Below, one piece after another: positions 1-9,222 of a DNA stretch of 39,478 bases. Both the position numbers and the translations under genes were made by a program. Numbering within the stretch: the stretch's first letter is position 1; each line of letters opens with the position of its first letter. The stretch is taken from positions 13,854-53,331 of the forward strand of contig CAYYRL010000001.1 of assembly GCA_964474165.1 (NCBI GenBank), read 5' to 3'. Under the pieces are notes generated by a model that was given only the letters and a program-made list of their open reading frames with translations, searched no databases and was not told the DNA's origin. This DNA comes from an uncultured Candidatus Saccharimonadales bacterium (GTDB taxonomy: Bacteria > Patescibacteriota > Saccharimonadia > UBA4664 > DATIHN01).

Positions 1-15
1 ATCAAGACGTTAGGG

Positions 16-44
16 TTGGCAATCAAATCTGATCCTGGTATACT
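16..44 (+). promoter_or_regulatory. Candidate sigma70-type promoter of the rpsB-tsf-frr operon
   Basis: TTGGCA (16-21), a 17-nt spacer, then extended -10 TGgTATACT (36-44). The ~80-nt leader contains the hairpin ctcgca-taa-tgcgag (89-103) and a purine-rich SD before ATG 129. Confidence 0.5.
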
Positions 45-128
45 GCTTAGGTTGAAATCATTAGTAATCAGCCAGCCTTAAGAATTCTCTCGCATAATGC
101 GAGCCAAGGTTGGCGAAGGAAAGGATTC

Positions 129-866
129 ATGTCAGAACCAACATTAAAAGAACTACTCGAGGCCGGAGCCCACTTTGGCCACCAAACCCGGCGCTGGAAC
201 CCCAAAATGGGGCCATTTCTGTATGGCGCTAGGGGCGGCGTCCATATTATTGATCTTACAAAAACACTGCCAGCCTTACAGGAGGCCATTAAGTTTGTCG
301 AAAAACTGACGGCTGAAGGTGGCGCCATTATGTTCGTTGGCACCAAGCGCCAAGCCGGAGCCATTGTGGCCCAGGCGGCTGAAGACGCCGGCATGCCTTA
401 CGTTACCGAGCGCTGGCTGGGCGGTATGCTCACCAACTATCGCACCATACAAGCCCAGGTGAAGCGGCTGATCAAACTGGAGGAGCAGGTTTCGAGCGGC
501 GAAGTCGCCGCCAAATTCAATAAGAAAGAGGGTCTCGACATCCAAAACGAGATTAACAAGCTGGAGCGCATTTTTAAGGGCGTCAAGAAGATGGACAAGT
601 TGCCGGAAGCCTTGTTTGTGGTCGATGTGCCCCGGGAAATCATCGCCGTCAAAGAAGCTCAGAAGTTAGGTATTCCGATAGTCGGCATTGCGGATTCCAA
701 TACTGACCCGGACTTGCTCGATTACGCTATCCCGGCCAACGACGATGCCATCAAGAGTATCACCGTCATCACCGGCGCCATCTCTAAGGCAGCTAAGAAC
801 GGCGCCGCTAAGTATGAGGTCAACAAAACCCGAGCTGAGGCCTTGGAGGCTAGTGATGCCAGTTAG
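129..866 (+). CDS. rpsB: 30S ribosomal protein S2 (uS2)
   Basis: 245-aa ORF. The N-terminus LLEAGAHFGHQTRRWNPKM is the conserved uS2 signature, and the classical rpsB-tsf linkage is present. Confidence 0.95.
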   Translation: MSEPTLKELLEAGAHFGHQTRRWNPKMGPFLYGARGGVHIIDLTKTLPALQEAIKFVEKLTAEGGAIMFVGTKRQAGAIVAQAAEDAGMPYVTERWLGGMLTNYRTIQAQVKRLIKLEEQVSSGEVAAKFNKKEGLDIQNEINKLERIFKGVKKMDKLPEALFVVDVPREIIAVKEAQKLGIPIVGIADSNTDPDLLDYAIPANDDAIKSITVITGAISKAAKNGAAKYEVNKTRAEALEASDAS

Positions 867-1443
867 CGCCCAAGAGATCAAGAAACTGCGCGACATGACT
901 GGTGCCGGCATGATGGATGCCAAGGCTGCCCTGGAAGCCGCTGACGGCGACATTGATAAGGCGATTGAGAATCTGCGCAAGGCCGGCCAGGCTAGTGCGG
1001 CCAAGCGGACTGAGCGAGCAACTGGTAGCGGTGTGGTGGAAGCTTACAGCCACGGCGGTCGGATTGGGGTGCTAGTGGAGGTGGCCTGCGAAACAGACTT
1101 TGTGGCTAGAACTGAGGACTTCAAAACCTTTGCCCACGATGTGGCCATGCAAGTGGCAGCCAGCGAGCCAGAGTATTTGAAGCCTGAAGATGTGCCGGCC
1201 GAGATCGTTAATAAAGAAAAGCAGATTTATCAGGCCGAGGCCGGCCAGGGTAAGCCCGCCGAAGTCACCAGTAAAATTGTCAGCGGTAAGCTGGACAAGT
1301 ACTTTGCCCAGGTCTGCCTACTTAAACAACCTTTTATCAAGGATCCAGATGTGTCGGTAGAGAGTTTGCAGACCGATTTGATTGCCAAGCTAGGTGAGAA
1401 CGTGGTAATTAAGCGCTTCGAGCGCTATGAACTGGGGGCCTAA
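856..1443 (+). CDS. tsf: Translation elongation factor Ts (short form, 195 aa)
   Basis: The frame opens at 688, but the EF-Ts N-terminal motif SAQEIKKLRDMTGAGMMDAKAAL begins at ATG 856. This start overlaps the rpsB stop by 11 nt. Confidence 0.9.
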   Translation: MPVSAQEIKKLRDMTGAGMMDAKAALEAADGDIDKAIENLRKAGQASAAKRTERATGSGVVEAYSHGGRIGVLVEVACETDFVARTEDFKTFAHDVAMQVAASEPEYLKPEDVPAEIVNKEKQIYQAEAGQGKPAEVTSKIVSGKLDKYFAQVCLLKQPFIKDPDVSVESLQTDLIAKLGENVVIKRFERYELGA

Positions 1444-2007
1444 ATGGCAGTTGCCGACATCCTAGCACCTGCTAAGGAACGCATGGACAAGGCGGTGGTT
1501 CATCTCGAGGATCAACTGCGCAGTATTCGCACAGGCCGAGCTAACGTGGCCCTACTTGATGGCATAACCGTTGACCAGTACGGCCAGACCATGCCGCTCA
1601 AAGCTGTAGCTACTCTCGGTGCTCCCGATGCCCACACCATCAGTATCTCACCATGGGACAAAGGCCTGATTCCAGTGATTGAAAAAGCCATTCGCGAAGC
1701 CCAATCGTTGGGTCTCAATCCCAGTAACGATGGTTCCAATATTCGACTGACTTTGCCGCCGATGACAACCGAACGCCGACAACTGCTGACCAAACAAGTT
1801 GGTGAACAAATCGAGAACTGCCACGTGGCCTTACGCAGCGTGCGTCACGATCTTTTGGACGAAGCCCGCAAAGCCGAGAAAGCTAAGACCATTAGTCAAG
1901 ACGACCTTAAGCATGCCGAGGGCGAGCTGAATAAGAAGATTGAAGACTATCGTGGTAAGCTAGAGGCAATTAAGACGGCCAAAGTGGCCGAGATTATGGA
2001 AGTCTAG
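1444..2007 (+). CDS. frr: Ribosome recycling factor
   Basis: 187-aa ORF with typical RRF length and sequence (RTGRANVALLDGITVDQYG). The ATG directly abuts the tsf stop. Confidence 0.95.
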   Translation: MAVADILAPAKERMDKAVVHLEDQLRSIRTGRANVALLDGITVDQYGQTMPLKAVATLGAPDAHTISISPWDKGLIPVIEKAIREAQSLGLNPSNDGSNIRLTLPPMTTERRQLLTKQVGEQIENCHVALRSVRHDLLDEARKAEKAKTISQDDLKHAEGELNKKIEDYRGKLEAIKTAKVAEIMEV

Positions 2008-2013
2008 CAACCG

Positions 2014-2754
2014 ATGGCGGTGGACACCAAAGCTCAAATTATAGATCAAACAGCAGTTAAGGAGGGGGAGGGTTCAGTGCCGACGCACCTCGGCTTAATC
2101 TTAGACGGCAATCGCCGCTGGGCCAGAGCCGAAGGGCTGCCAACGCTTGAAGGACATCGGCGCGGATACGAAAATCTCAAGACCATCGCCGAGGAGGCCT
2201 TCAATCACGGCGTCAAGTTTGTGTCAGCTTTTGTATTTTCAACCGAGAACTGGAACCGGGCCAAAGAAGAAGTGACTTATCTTATGAATTTGCTGACCTG
2301 GGTGGTGAATCATGAAGTGGTGGAAATGAATAAGAAGAACATCAAAGTGGTCTTTTTGGGCAAGGAACAGCCGCTCAGTCAGAAAAATCTTAAACTGATA
2401 CGCCAGGCTGAGGAGCTAACCAAGAATAATACCGGTGGCACCTTGGCGCTCTGCCTTAACTACGGCGGGCAAACCGAAATCACTGAAGCCGTTCAAGCCA
2501 TAATTGAATCTGGCGTAAGAAGTGAAGATGTTACCCCCGAGCTAATCAGTCAGTACCTTTATCACCCAGAAATTCCTAACGTTGATTTGATAATTCGGAC
2601 TTCGGGGGAGCAGCGCATTAGTAATTTCATGCTCTGGCGGGCAGCCTATGCTGAAATGTGCTTTGTCGAAAAACACTGGCCAGCCTTTTCGGCTCAGGAT
2701 TTGGTTGAAGCGCTGGCCAACTTTGGCCAGCGGGTGAGACGTTTCGGTCAATGA
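2014..2754 (+). CDS. uppS: Undecaprenyl-diphosphate synthase (cis-prenyltransferase)
   Basis: HLGLILDGNRRWA and RTSGEQRISNFMLWR motifs of the UPP synthase family. The frr-uppS order is conserved. Confidence 0.9.
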   Translation: MAVDTKAQIIDQTAVKEGEGSVPTHLGLILDGNRRWARAEGLPTLEGHRRGYENLKTIAEEAFNHGVKFVSAFVFSTENWNRAKEEVTYLMNLLTWVVNHEVVEMNKKNIKVVFLGKEQPLSQKNLKLIRQAEELTKNNTGGTLALCLNYGGQTEITEAVQAIIESGVRSEDVTPELISQYLYHPEIPNVDLIIRTSGEQRISNFMLWRAAYAEMCFVEKHWPAFSAQDLVEALANFGQRVRRFGQ

Positions 2755-3842
2755 TCATAACCATAATTCTCATCATCGTCATCTTCACTAGCGTGGTCCT
2801 GGTCCACGAATGGGGCCACTTTGCCACGGCCAGACGCAACGGCATCGAAGTTGAAGAATTCGGCATCGGTTTTCCGCCAAGGGCGCTGGCAGTCAAGAAA
2901 AAGGGCACCGTCTATTCCCTAAATTGGATTCCCCTGGGCGGGTTTGTGCGCATGAAGGGCGAGGATGGCAACGACACCAGCCCTGGCACTTACGGCGCCG
3001 CCAGTATTGGCACTAAGGCCAAGGTGCTAATGGCTGGGGTCGGTATGAATTTTCTGATGGCCTATGTCATTTTGACCGGGCTGGCTTTTGTCGGCTTACC
3101 GCAACTAATCACCGGCCAGTTCAGTCTGGGCTCGCCGCACTACGCGCAGGAGCCGGCAGTGATGGTGGCTACCGTATCTCCGGGCTCACCGGCTGAGGAA
3201 GCTAAGTTTAAGACCGGGACCATCATCATTAGCGCGGACGGGCAAAAGCTAACCAGTGAAGAAGATTTAACTAAGTTTACCAAGGCTCACGCGGGAGAGG
3301 ACGTTGTCTTTATCATCAAGAAAAGCGGCGGTTTACAGCAGCTGACGATTAAGCTTAATAAAGAAGCCGGCAACAAGGGCTATCTGGGTGTAGTGCCAAT
3401 GAAGACTTCAACCCAGCGCTACGGCCTGGCGTCACCGATTGTGGCGGCCGGTATCATGCTGCAGTTGGTGTGGCGAACCTTAGTGGGTCTGGTGCAACTG
3501 TTTGTTGGCCTGCCGGCAGTGCTGTTGGGCGCCGTTCACCGCCAACCGGTAGAATCAGCTGTGGCTGGTCCGATTGGGATTTTCCAGATTCTGTCGAGTA
3601 TTTGGCACTTGGGTTGGACCTACATTTGGGTATTTATATTTACGATTTCGTTGTCGCTAGGAGTAATCAACTCATTGCCGATCCCACCCTTAGATGGTGG
3701 CCAACTGTCGATTGCCTGGTTGAAACATAAACAGAAGCTCAGCCAACGAGCGGAGTACGCCTACCGCCGGGCCGGGCTGGCCTTTGTGGTGGCTTTGATT
3801 CTTATAGTGACTTTCATCGATCTCTCCAGGAACTTCCTGTGA
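2751..3842 (+). CDS. rseP: Site-2 (M50) intramembrane zinc metalloprotease, RseP-like, with PDZ domain
   Basis: HEWGHF (HExxH) in the first TM helix, a central PDZ-like segment and a C-terminal LPIPPLDGG motif. There is a 4-nt ATGA overlap with uppS. Confidence 0.85.
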   Translation: MIITIILIIVIFTSVVLVHEWGHFATARRNGIEVEEFGIGFPPRALAVKKKGTVYSLNWIPLGGFVRMKGEDGNDTSPGTYGAASIGTKAKVLMAGVGMNFLMAYVILTGLAFVGLPQLITGQFSLGSPHYAQEPAVMVATVSPGSPAEEAKFKTGTIIISADGQKLTSEEDLTKFTKAHAGEDVVFIIKKSGGLQQLTIKLNKEAGNKGYLGVVPMKTSTQRYGLASPIVAAGIMLQLVWRTLVGLVQLFVGLPAVLLGAVHRQPVESAVAGPIGIFQILSSIWHLGWTYIWVFIFTISLSLGVINSLPIPPLDGGQLSIAWLKHKQKLSQRAEYAYRRAGLAFVVALILIVTFIDLSRNFL

Positions 3843-4561
3843 AACGGGTCATGGAGGTGCCGTGGACGGTGCGTCAGGCCGTCGGCATCTTTCTGATAGC
3901 CTGGATCGGTATCCCGCTTTTGATTTGGGGATTACTTAATCTATTAGCACCTGTGGCTCCACTGACTGATCACTGGCTCAAGCTGCTTGAGTCGGGCGAT
4001 ATTGCAGTCAGTTTTGTAATTGTCGTCATCAATTCGCTAGTTGGTATGCTGTTAATTAATCGGGTTTTAAAGCGCTACGGGGCTAGCTGGCAAGACTTGG
4101 GGCTACGCAAAGTTAGTATTGGCAAGGCCATAGTATTAGTGCTGGGAGTTATCCTGGCCTTTTTGCTGCTAGTGGCCGCCGCCTTTGCCTTGCTAAGCCT
4201 ACTCTTCCCGCATTTTAACGCCAACCAATCTCAGGTTAATGAATTTACTAGTCCCCACACCACTACGGCGCTGCGTCTAAGTTTCTTAGCCTTGGTTGTG
4301 ATTCCGCCACCGATCGAAGAAATTTTCTTCCGGGGTTTCATTTTTCCGGCTTTAACTAAGCGTTGGGGAATCATTGGTGGGGCGATTATAACCAGTATTT
4401 TGTTTGCCCTAGCACACTGGCAATTGAACGTTAGTATCTACACGTTGGTGCTGAGCCTGTTATTATGTTTCTTGTACTACAAGCTGCGCAGCCTATGGCC
4501 GGGCATCTTCGTACATATGCTCAATAACTATGTGGCCTTTACGGCTCTTATCCACAAATGA
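3839..4561 (+). CDS. CPBP (CAAX) family intramembrane glutamic protease
   Basis: Polytopic membrane ORF with the EEIFFRGF, FALAH and HMLNN motifs typical of the Abi/CPBP family. It has a GTG start in a GTGA overlap; ATG 3851 is an alternative start. Confidence 0.75.
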   Translation: MKRVMEVPWTVRQAVGIFLIAWIGIPLLIWGLLNLLAPVAPLTDHWLKLLESGDIAVSFVIVVINSLVGMLLINRVLKRYGASWQDLGLRKVSIGKAIVLVLGVILAFLLLVAAAFALLSLLFPHFNANQSQVNEFTSPHTTTALRLSFLALVVIPPPIEEIFFRGFIFPALTKRWGIIGGAIITSILFALAHWQLNVSIYTLVLSLLLCFLYYKLRSLWPGIFVHMLNNYVAFTALIHK

Positions 4562-5787
4562 AACTGTCTGAAGTCTTTGCCAAACCAACCAAAACTGACT
4601 CCAAGGATGTCGATACCGTCAACTCGCGGCTGTTAACGCGGGCCGGCATGGTGTCGCAGCTGATGGCCGGCGTTTATAGCTATTTGCCGCTGGGCCTAAG
4701 CGTACTGCGCAAGATCGAGAACCTAGTTCGCACCCAGATGAATTCCATCGGAGGCCAGGAAATTTTGATGCCGATTCTGCACCCCAAGGCCAACTGGGTA
4801 GCCACCGGCGGCTGGGATGGCGTTGACGTACTGTTTAAACTCAAAAGCCGGACCGGCCATGAGTACGCTCTTGGGCAAAGCGAAGAAGAAGTGGTTACCC
4901 CGCTAGTTATGAGCCGAGTTCAATCCTATAAGCAGCTGCCAACGGCTGTTTACCAAATCCACTGGAAGTATCGGGACGAGCTGCGGGCCAAATCTGGCAT
5001 CATGCGCGGCCGTGAGTTCTATATGAAAGACATGTACAGCTTCCACACTGATCAAGCCGACTTCGATCGCTACTACGAAGTGGTCAAGAAGGCTTATCTG
5101 AATATCTTCGAGCAAATGGATCTGGTTGCCAAGGTCACCGAAGCTTCCGGCGGAGGCTTTAGCGAGAAGATTTCTTACGAATTCATGGTCCTAACCGATG
5201 CCGGCGAAGACGACATTCTGTACTGCGATAACTGCGACTTTTGTGTGAACGTCGAGATCGCCAAAGTAAAGGCCAGTGACAGTTGCCCCAAGTGTGACAA
5301 GGATAAACTCAAAGCCGCTAAGGCCAGTGAAGTGGGCAACGTCTTTGATCTCGGTCAAAAGTACGGTAAGGACTTTGATCTAGGGTTTGTCGACGACAAA
5401 GGTACTAAACATTACCCGGTCATGGGATGCTATGGCATCGGCATTTCGCGCCTAATGGGCGTGATCGTAGAGAAGCACAATGATGAAACTGGCATCATTT
5501 GGCCCAAATCTGTGGCCCCGGCTGAGATTCACTTGATAAGCCTAGGCGAGGAAGCGAAAGCCGCAGCTGACAAGCTTTATGATGACCTGACCAAGGCTGG
5601 TCGCGAGGTGGTTTATGATGACCGGGATGAGTCAGCCGGTACCAAGTTCGCCGACGCCGACCTGATTGGCACACCGGAGCGTTGGACCGTGAGCACCAAG
5701 ACTTTGGCCGAGGACTCGGTTGAGATCAAAAACCGGACCGAGAAAGAATCTAAGCTGGTTAAACTCGACAAAGCCCTGCAATCTTGA
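4558..5787 (+). CDS. proS: Prolyl-tRNA synthetase, unusually short (409 aa) with a Cys4 insertion
   Basis: Class II aaRS with a ProRS-like N-terminus (RLLTRAGMVSQLMAGVYSYLPLG) and a C-terminal anticodon-binding region. No long INS editing domain is present. The CDNC...CPKC cluster lies at nt 5224-5295. Confidence 0.85.
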   Translation: MKLSEVFAKPTKTDSKDVDTVNSRLLTRAGMVSQLMAGVYSYLPLGLSVLRKIENLVRTQMNSIGGQEILMPILHPKANWVATGGWDGVDVLFKLKSRTGHEYALGQSEEEVVTPLVMSRVQSYKQLPTAVYQIHWKYRDELRAKSGIMRGREFYMKDMYSFHTDQADFDRYYEVVKKAYLNIFEQMDLVAKVTEASGGGFSEKISYEFMVLTDAGEDDILYCDNCDFCVNVEIAKVKASDSCPKCDKDKLKAAKASEVGNVFDLGQKYGKDFDLGFVDDKGTKHYPVMGCYGIGISRLMGVIVEKHNDETGIIWPKSVAPAEIHLISLGEEAKAAADKLYDDLTKAGREVVYDDRDESAGTKFADADLIGTPERWTVSTKTLAEDSVEIKNRTEKESKLVKLDKALQS

Positions 5788-5820
5788 TAGGCTGAAGCCG
5801 TTCCCGACGAAAGAGGAAAA

Positions 5821-5988
5821 GTGCCCTTTGTCATAACAGGTGCTGCAATGATAATTGCCGGGGTGATTATGACCGGCTACTACGGCACCGTCGTTAGAGG
5901 TGGCGTAGGTCTGATCGCGCTCGGCCCAGTTGTGGCCATTATTGGCAGCCATTTATGGGAGCTGAGGGGGGACAATCATGAGCACTGA
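5821..5988 (+). CDS. Possible small (55 aa) two-helix membrane protein, absent from the ORF track
   Basis: GTG start preceded by AGAGGA. It translates to VPFVITGAAMIIAGVIMTGYYGTVVRGGVGLIALGPVVAIIGSHLWELRGDNHEH and overlaps the next ATG by 11 nt. Confidence 0.35.
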   Translation: MPFVITGAAMIIAGVIMTGYYGTVVRGGVGLIALGPVVAIIGSHLWELRGDNHEH

Positions 5989-6655
5989 ACTAATCAGGGT
6001 AGCTTTTGTTGAAGGTATCGGTGACCAACATCGCTGGCTCCATGTGGCCTGTAGCAAGTGGCCAAACGGCCCCTACGACATTTTGTTTACTCGGCATCGG
6101 GGCAAGTGGGATAACCTAGCTCGATACAAACTGACTCCTTCAACAGCACGGGCTATCGTTCGGTTGCTGCAGGCCCACCCTGATGTAGTTCAGGTGTTGG
6201 TTCGACCTTACCGCTTGGGAGTTAGAGTGAGACGGGGGGCTGATTGGGGTGCATTGGCGGCAACCCTCAAGGGTGAGCATCGCTGGGCTAGAGAAAGCGG
6301 GTTTTTGCCAGACTGGAGCTACTTCGATCTCCGGTTCGCCAATCAGCCCGATGATGACTCCACCCGAGCGTCTGGTAGTCAGGATTACCATACCCCAGGA
6401 TTGCCGTCAGCCCGTCATGTTGAGTTTGACCGCAGCCTCGACATTTGGGGTCAGGTCCCGGTAAGCTGGGCAGCGCGATCGGAGCCGGAAGTCATTCGGC
6501 TAGTAGAGCGCTTATTTAGCTGCCGTACCCTGATGCGTTTTTCGGTGTCTACCGGGCGTGTATGGGTGGTAAGAAATCGGGCCTATGCCCCAGAAGAAGT
6601 TGACGCTGAGGTTGAGACAGCAATCGCTCAGATAGAGCAGCCTGTCATGGCCTAA
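5978..6655 (+). CDS. Hypothetical protein (225 aa, Trp/Arg-rich, no recognisable motif)
   Basis: Long ORF with SD GAGGGGGG 5-6 nt upstream of the ATG, followed by a strong intrinsic terminator. Confidence 0.6.
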   Translation: MSTELIRVAFVEGIGDQHRWLHVACSKWPNGPYDILFTRHRGKWDNLARYKLTPSTARAIVRLLQAHPDVVQVLVRPYRLGVRVRRGADWGALAATLKGEHRWARESGFLPDWSYFDLRFANQPDDDSTRASGSQDYHTPGLPSARHVEFDRSLDIWGQVPVSWAARSEPEVIRLVERLFSCRTLMRFSVSTGRVWVVRNRAYAPEEVDAEVETAIAQIEQPVMA

Positions 6656-6671
6656 ATCTTTTTTCGCAACC

Positions 6672-6702
6672 GCCCCGTCCACGTGACGGGGCCTTACTTT
6701 TT
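6672..6702 (+). terminator. Rho-independent terminator
   Basis: Stem gccccgtc (6672-6679) / gacggggc (6685-6692), loop cacgt, then cttacttttt. Confidence 0.7.
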
Positions 6703-6806
6703 GGACGAATATTGAACACAAAAACTAAGTGTTAGCGCTATCACTCCTGTAAAATTGGCCACATCTTGTCGACTTTTTGTATGCAGGGCGAACACCTTTA
6801 TTATGC

Positions 6807-6835
6807 TTGTGGCGCTTAAATTGCCCTGATAAACT
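6807..6835 (+). promoter_or_regulatory. Candidate mreB operon promoter
   Basis: TTGTGG (6807-6812), a 17-nt spacer, then TGaTAAACT (6827-6835). A short leader with SD GAGGG precedes ATG 6861. Confidence 0.45.
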
Positions 6836-6860
6836 AGTACGAGTGACTGGGAATTGAGGG

Positions 6861-7913
6861 ATGATTAATCGTTTCTTGGGCATGCTGTCCCATGACATTG
6901 GTATTGATTTGGGAACCGCCAACACCCTGGTGTATGTCCGGGGGCGGGGAATTGTGATTAATGAACCGAGTGTGGTGGCGGTTAATACCAAGACCAACCA
7001 AGTCCTCGCCATCGGTGATGAAGCTAAGAAAATGGTGGGCAAGACGCCAGCTAGTATCGTGGCTACCAGGCCGCTGGTGGACGGGGTAGTTTCGGACTTC
7101 GAAGTCACCGAGCAGATGCTAAAGTACTTCATCGAGAAAGTTCACCGCGAAAGTTATGCAATATTTCCCAGGCCCAGGGTGGTGATTGGTATCCCATCAG
7201 GAGTAACCGAGGTCGAGAAGCGAGCCGTTGAAGATGCTGCGACCAATGCTGGCGCCAGGCAAACCTTTCTGATCGAAGAACCCATGGCCGCCGCCATTGG
7301 TTCCAGGCTGCCAATTCAGGATGCTGCTGGCTCAATGATTGTGGATATTGGCGGCGGCACCACTGAGGTAGCCATAATTTCTCTGGGCGGGATCGTAGCT
7401 TCCAGATCACTCAGAATTGCTGGCGATGAGCTCAGCGATGACATTGTGCAGTTTGCCCGCGAAGAATTTAACCTGCAAATTGGGGATCGCACGGCTGAGA
7501 ATATCAAAATTGCTGTCGGCTCAGCCTATCCGGTGGGCAAGCGCCAAGAAGTGCCGATGCGAGGACGTGATCTGGTAACAGGCTTACCCAAGGAGATTAT
7601 GGTCAGTGATGAGTTGATCCGCCGGGCTCTAACCAAGAGTGTGCGTTCTATCGTTGAGGCCATCAAAATCACCATTGAGGAAACGCCGCCAGAACTAGTG
7701 GCTGACATTATGGATCGAGGCGTGATTTTAGCCGGCGGTGGGGCCTTGCTCAAGGGCTTAGACGCCATGGTGCACAAGGAAACCCAGATGCCTGTCCATA
7801 TCGCTGATGACCCACTGACTAGCGTGGCTCGGGGTACTGGCTTAGTCCTAGAAGACCTGGACAGTCTGAAGGATGTACTGGTGCCGACTCAGTTTGGTAA
7901 GATCCCGCGCTAA
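6861..7913 (+). CDS. mreB: Rod-shape-determining actin homologue MreB
   Basis: DIGIDLGTANTLVY, VDIGGGTTEVA and ILAGGGALLKGLD actin-fold phosphate/adenosine motifs. Confidence 0.95.
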   Translation: MINRFLGMLSHDIGIDLGTANTLVYVRGRGIVINEPSVVAVNTKTNQVLAIGDEAKKMVGKTPASIVATRPLVDGVVSDFEVTEQMLKYFIEKVHRESYAIFPRPRVVIGIPSGVTEVEKRAVEDAATNAGARQTFLIEEPMAAAIGSRLPIQDAAGSMIVDIGGGTTEVAIISLGGIVASRSLRIAGDELSDDIVQFAREEFNLQIGDRTAENIKIAVGSAYPVGKRQEVPMRGRDLVTGLPKEIMVSDELIRRALTKSVRSIVEAIKITIEETPPELVADIMDRGVILAGGGALLKGLDAMVHKETQMPVHIADDPLTSVARGTGLVLEDLDSLKDVLVPTQFGKIPR

Positions 7914-8707
7914 TGCGTCGAGGGTATAATCGCACCATCTTGATCACTGTCTTGGTGGCGGCCGGCTTAGTACTGCTCGGCCGGGTCGGCGGCCTAAGAC
8001 CGGTAACGTCAGTGATCGACTACACTACGGCACCGGTTAGGGGGCTAGTCCGCTCCATCGGCCATGGCCTGTCTGGGGTCTTTACTTCCATCGGCAATAT
8101 CAGTCATCTCCAAGCCGAAAATGCCAAGCTAAAGGGTGAGGTGACTTCACTGAAGCAACAATTAGCGGCCGACACTGAGGTGGCCCAGCAAAACAAGCTA
8201 CTGCGCCAACAATTGCAGGTGGGCGAAGCTCCATCACAGAAGCTGGTTGCTGCTGATGTGATTGGTTATCAGCCCGACAACTTTCGCCAGTTTATTACGC
8301 TTAGCAAGGGTTCAAATGATGGCTTAAAGCCGGGCATGGCTGTGATTTCAAACGGGGTGCTGGTTGGTACCTTGTCCCAGGTTGGGAGGACCACTGCGCA
8401 AGTCTTTGTGGTGACAGATCCTAGCTTCAAAACCAATGGCATTGATCAAACTAGTCGGGCCAACGGTACGGTTCAGGGTCAGCTAGGGGCCGGACTGATA
8501 ATGAATAATATTGCTCAAGGGGATAGCGTCAAACCGGGCGATACCATTGTGACGAGCGGCCTAGGTGGATCCATGCCCAAGGGGATTGTTATTGGTCAGG
8601 TGGAGTCGGTCAATCAAAGTGACAACGAAGTCTTCCAAAGCGCCCAGTTGGGCTACAAAATTAAGATAAACAAGCTTGAACTGGTGTTTGTGGTGACTGG
8701 TTCATGA
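7913..8707 (+). CDS. mreC: Rod-shape-determining protein MreC
   Basis: N-terminal TM helix, a coiled-coil segment (ENAKLKGEVTSLKQQL), then a beta-rich domain. It lies after mreB with a TAATG overlap. Confidence 0.85.
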   Translation: MRRGYNRTILITVLVAAGLVLLGRVGGLRPVTSVIDYTTAPVRGLVRSIGHGLSGVFTSIGNISHLQAENAKLKGEVTSLKQQLAADTEVAQQNKLLRQQLQVGEAPSQKLVAADVIGYQPDNFRQFITLSKGSNDGLKPGMAVISNGVLVGTLSQVGRTTAQVFVVTDPSFKTNGIDQTSRANGTVQGQLGAGLIMNNIAQGDSVKPGDTIVTSGLGGSMPKGIVIGQVESVNQSDNEVFQSAQLGYKIKINKLELVFVVTGS

Positions 8708-9222
8708 ATCCGATTCGATCAATCCTGATCGTAATTGCCGTGGTCTGGTTGCAGTTGGCCTTCTTGCCGGTAGTAGGCCCCTGGGGCGTGGTGCCCAACT
8801 TGGCATTAGTGGCTGTGATTCTGATGGCCACCCGCCTGCCTTTATCATCAACCTTGATGATGGCCGTTGCCATCGGACTGCTATTAGACATTGGTAGCGG
8901 CAGTGATTTTGGCTTGCGGACTGCCTTCTACCCGTTACTGGCACTAATTACAGCCTCGCTAAGACAGTACGGCAGCGATTTAGATAACTTAAGTTTATTA
9001 TCAAGTGTGGTGGTGGCAGCCACGGTGTTATTTAACCTGGTAATTTTAACCAACTTAGCTCTGGCACGAGCTAGCTTGCCACTGCGCTACATTGGCATCC
9101 ACGTTTTAGTTGAGGCCGGACTTAACTTACTGCTACTTTTGCCGCTGCGCAGTATGTCGAAACGCTGGCTCAGTGGCCGCGGCGGCGAGCCGCTAGTAGC
9201 ACTCAAGGGGCGCCGTGGCTAA
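8704..9222 (+). CDS. mreD: Rod-shape-determining protein MreD (polytopic membrane)
   Basis: 172-aa all-hydrophobic ORF in the canonical position between mreC and PBP2. The call rests mainly on context. Confidence 0.65.
   Translation: MNPIRSILIVIAVVWLQLAFLPVVGPWGVVPNLALVAVILMATRLPLSSTLMMAVAIGLLLDIGSGSDFGLRTAFYPLLALITASLRQYGSDLDNLSLLSSVVVAATVLFNLVILTNLALARASLPLRYIGIHVLVEAGLNLLLLLPLRSMSKRWLSGRGGEPLVALKGRRG

Noticed and set aside
68-1004. Minus-strand ORFs 68-394, 276-545, 437-652 and 666-1004, and the 688-855 extension of tsf
   Set aside because: All are antisense to, or out of frame with, rpsB/tsf. The EF-Ts homology begins only at ATG 856.
6725-7132. 135-aa minus-strand ORF overlapping the mreB promoter and 5' region
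   Set aside because: It is antisense to the highly conserved mreB N-terminus, has no SD, and has an implausible composition.
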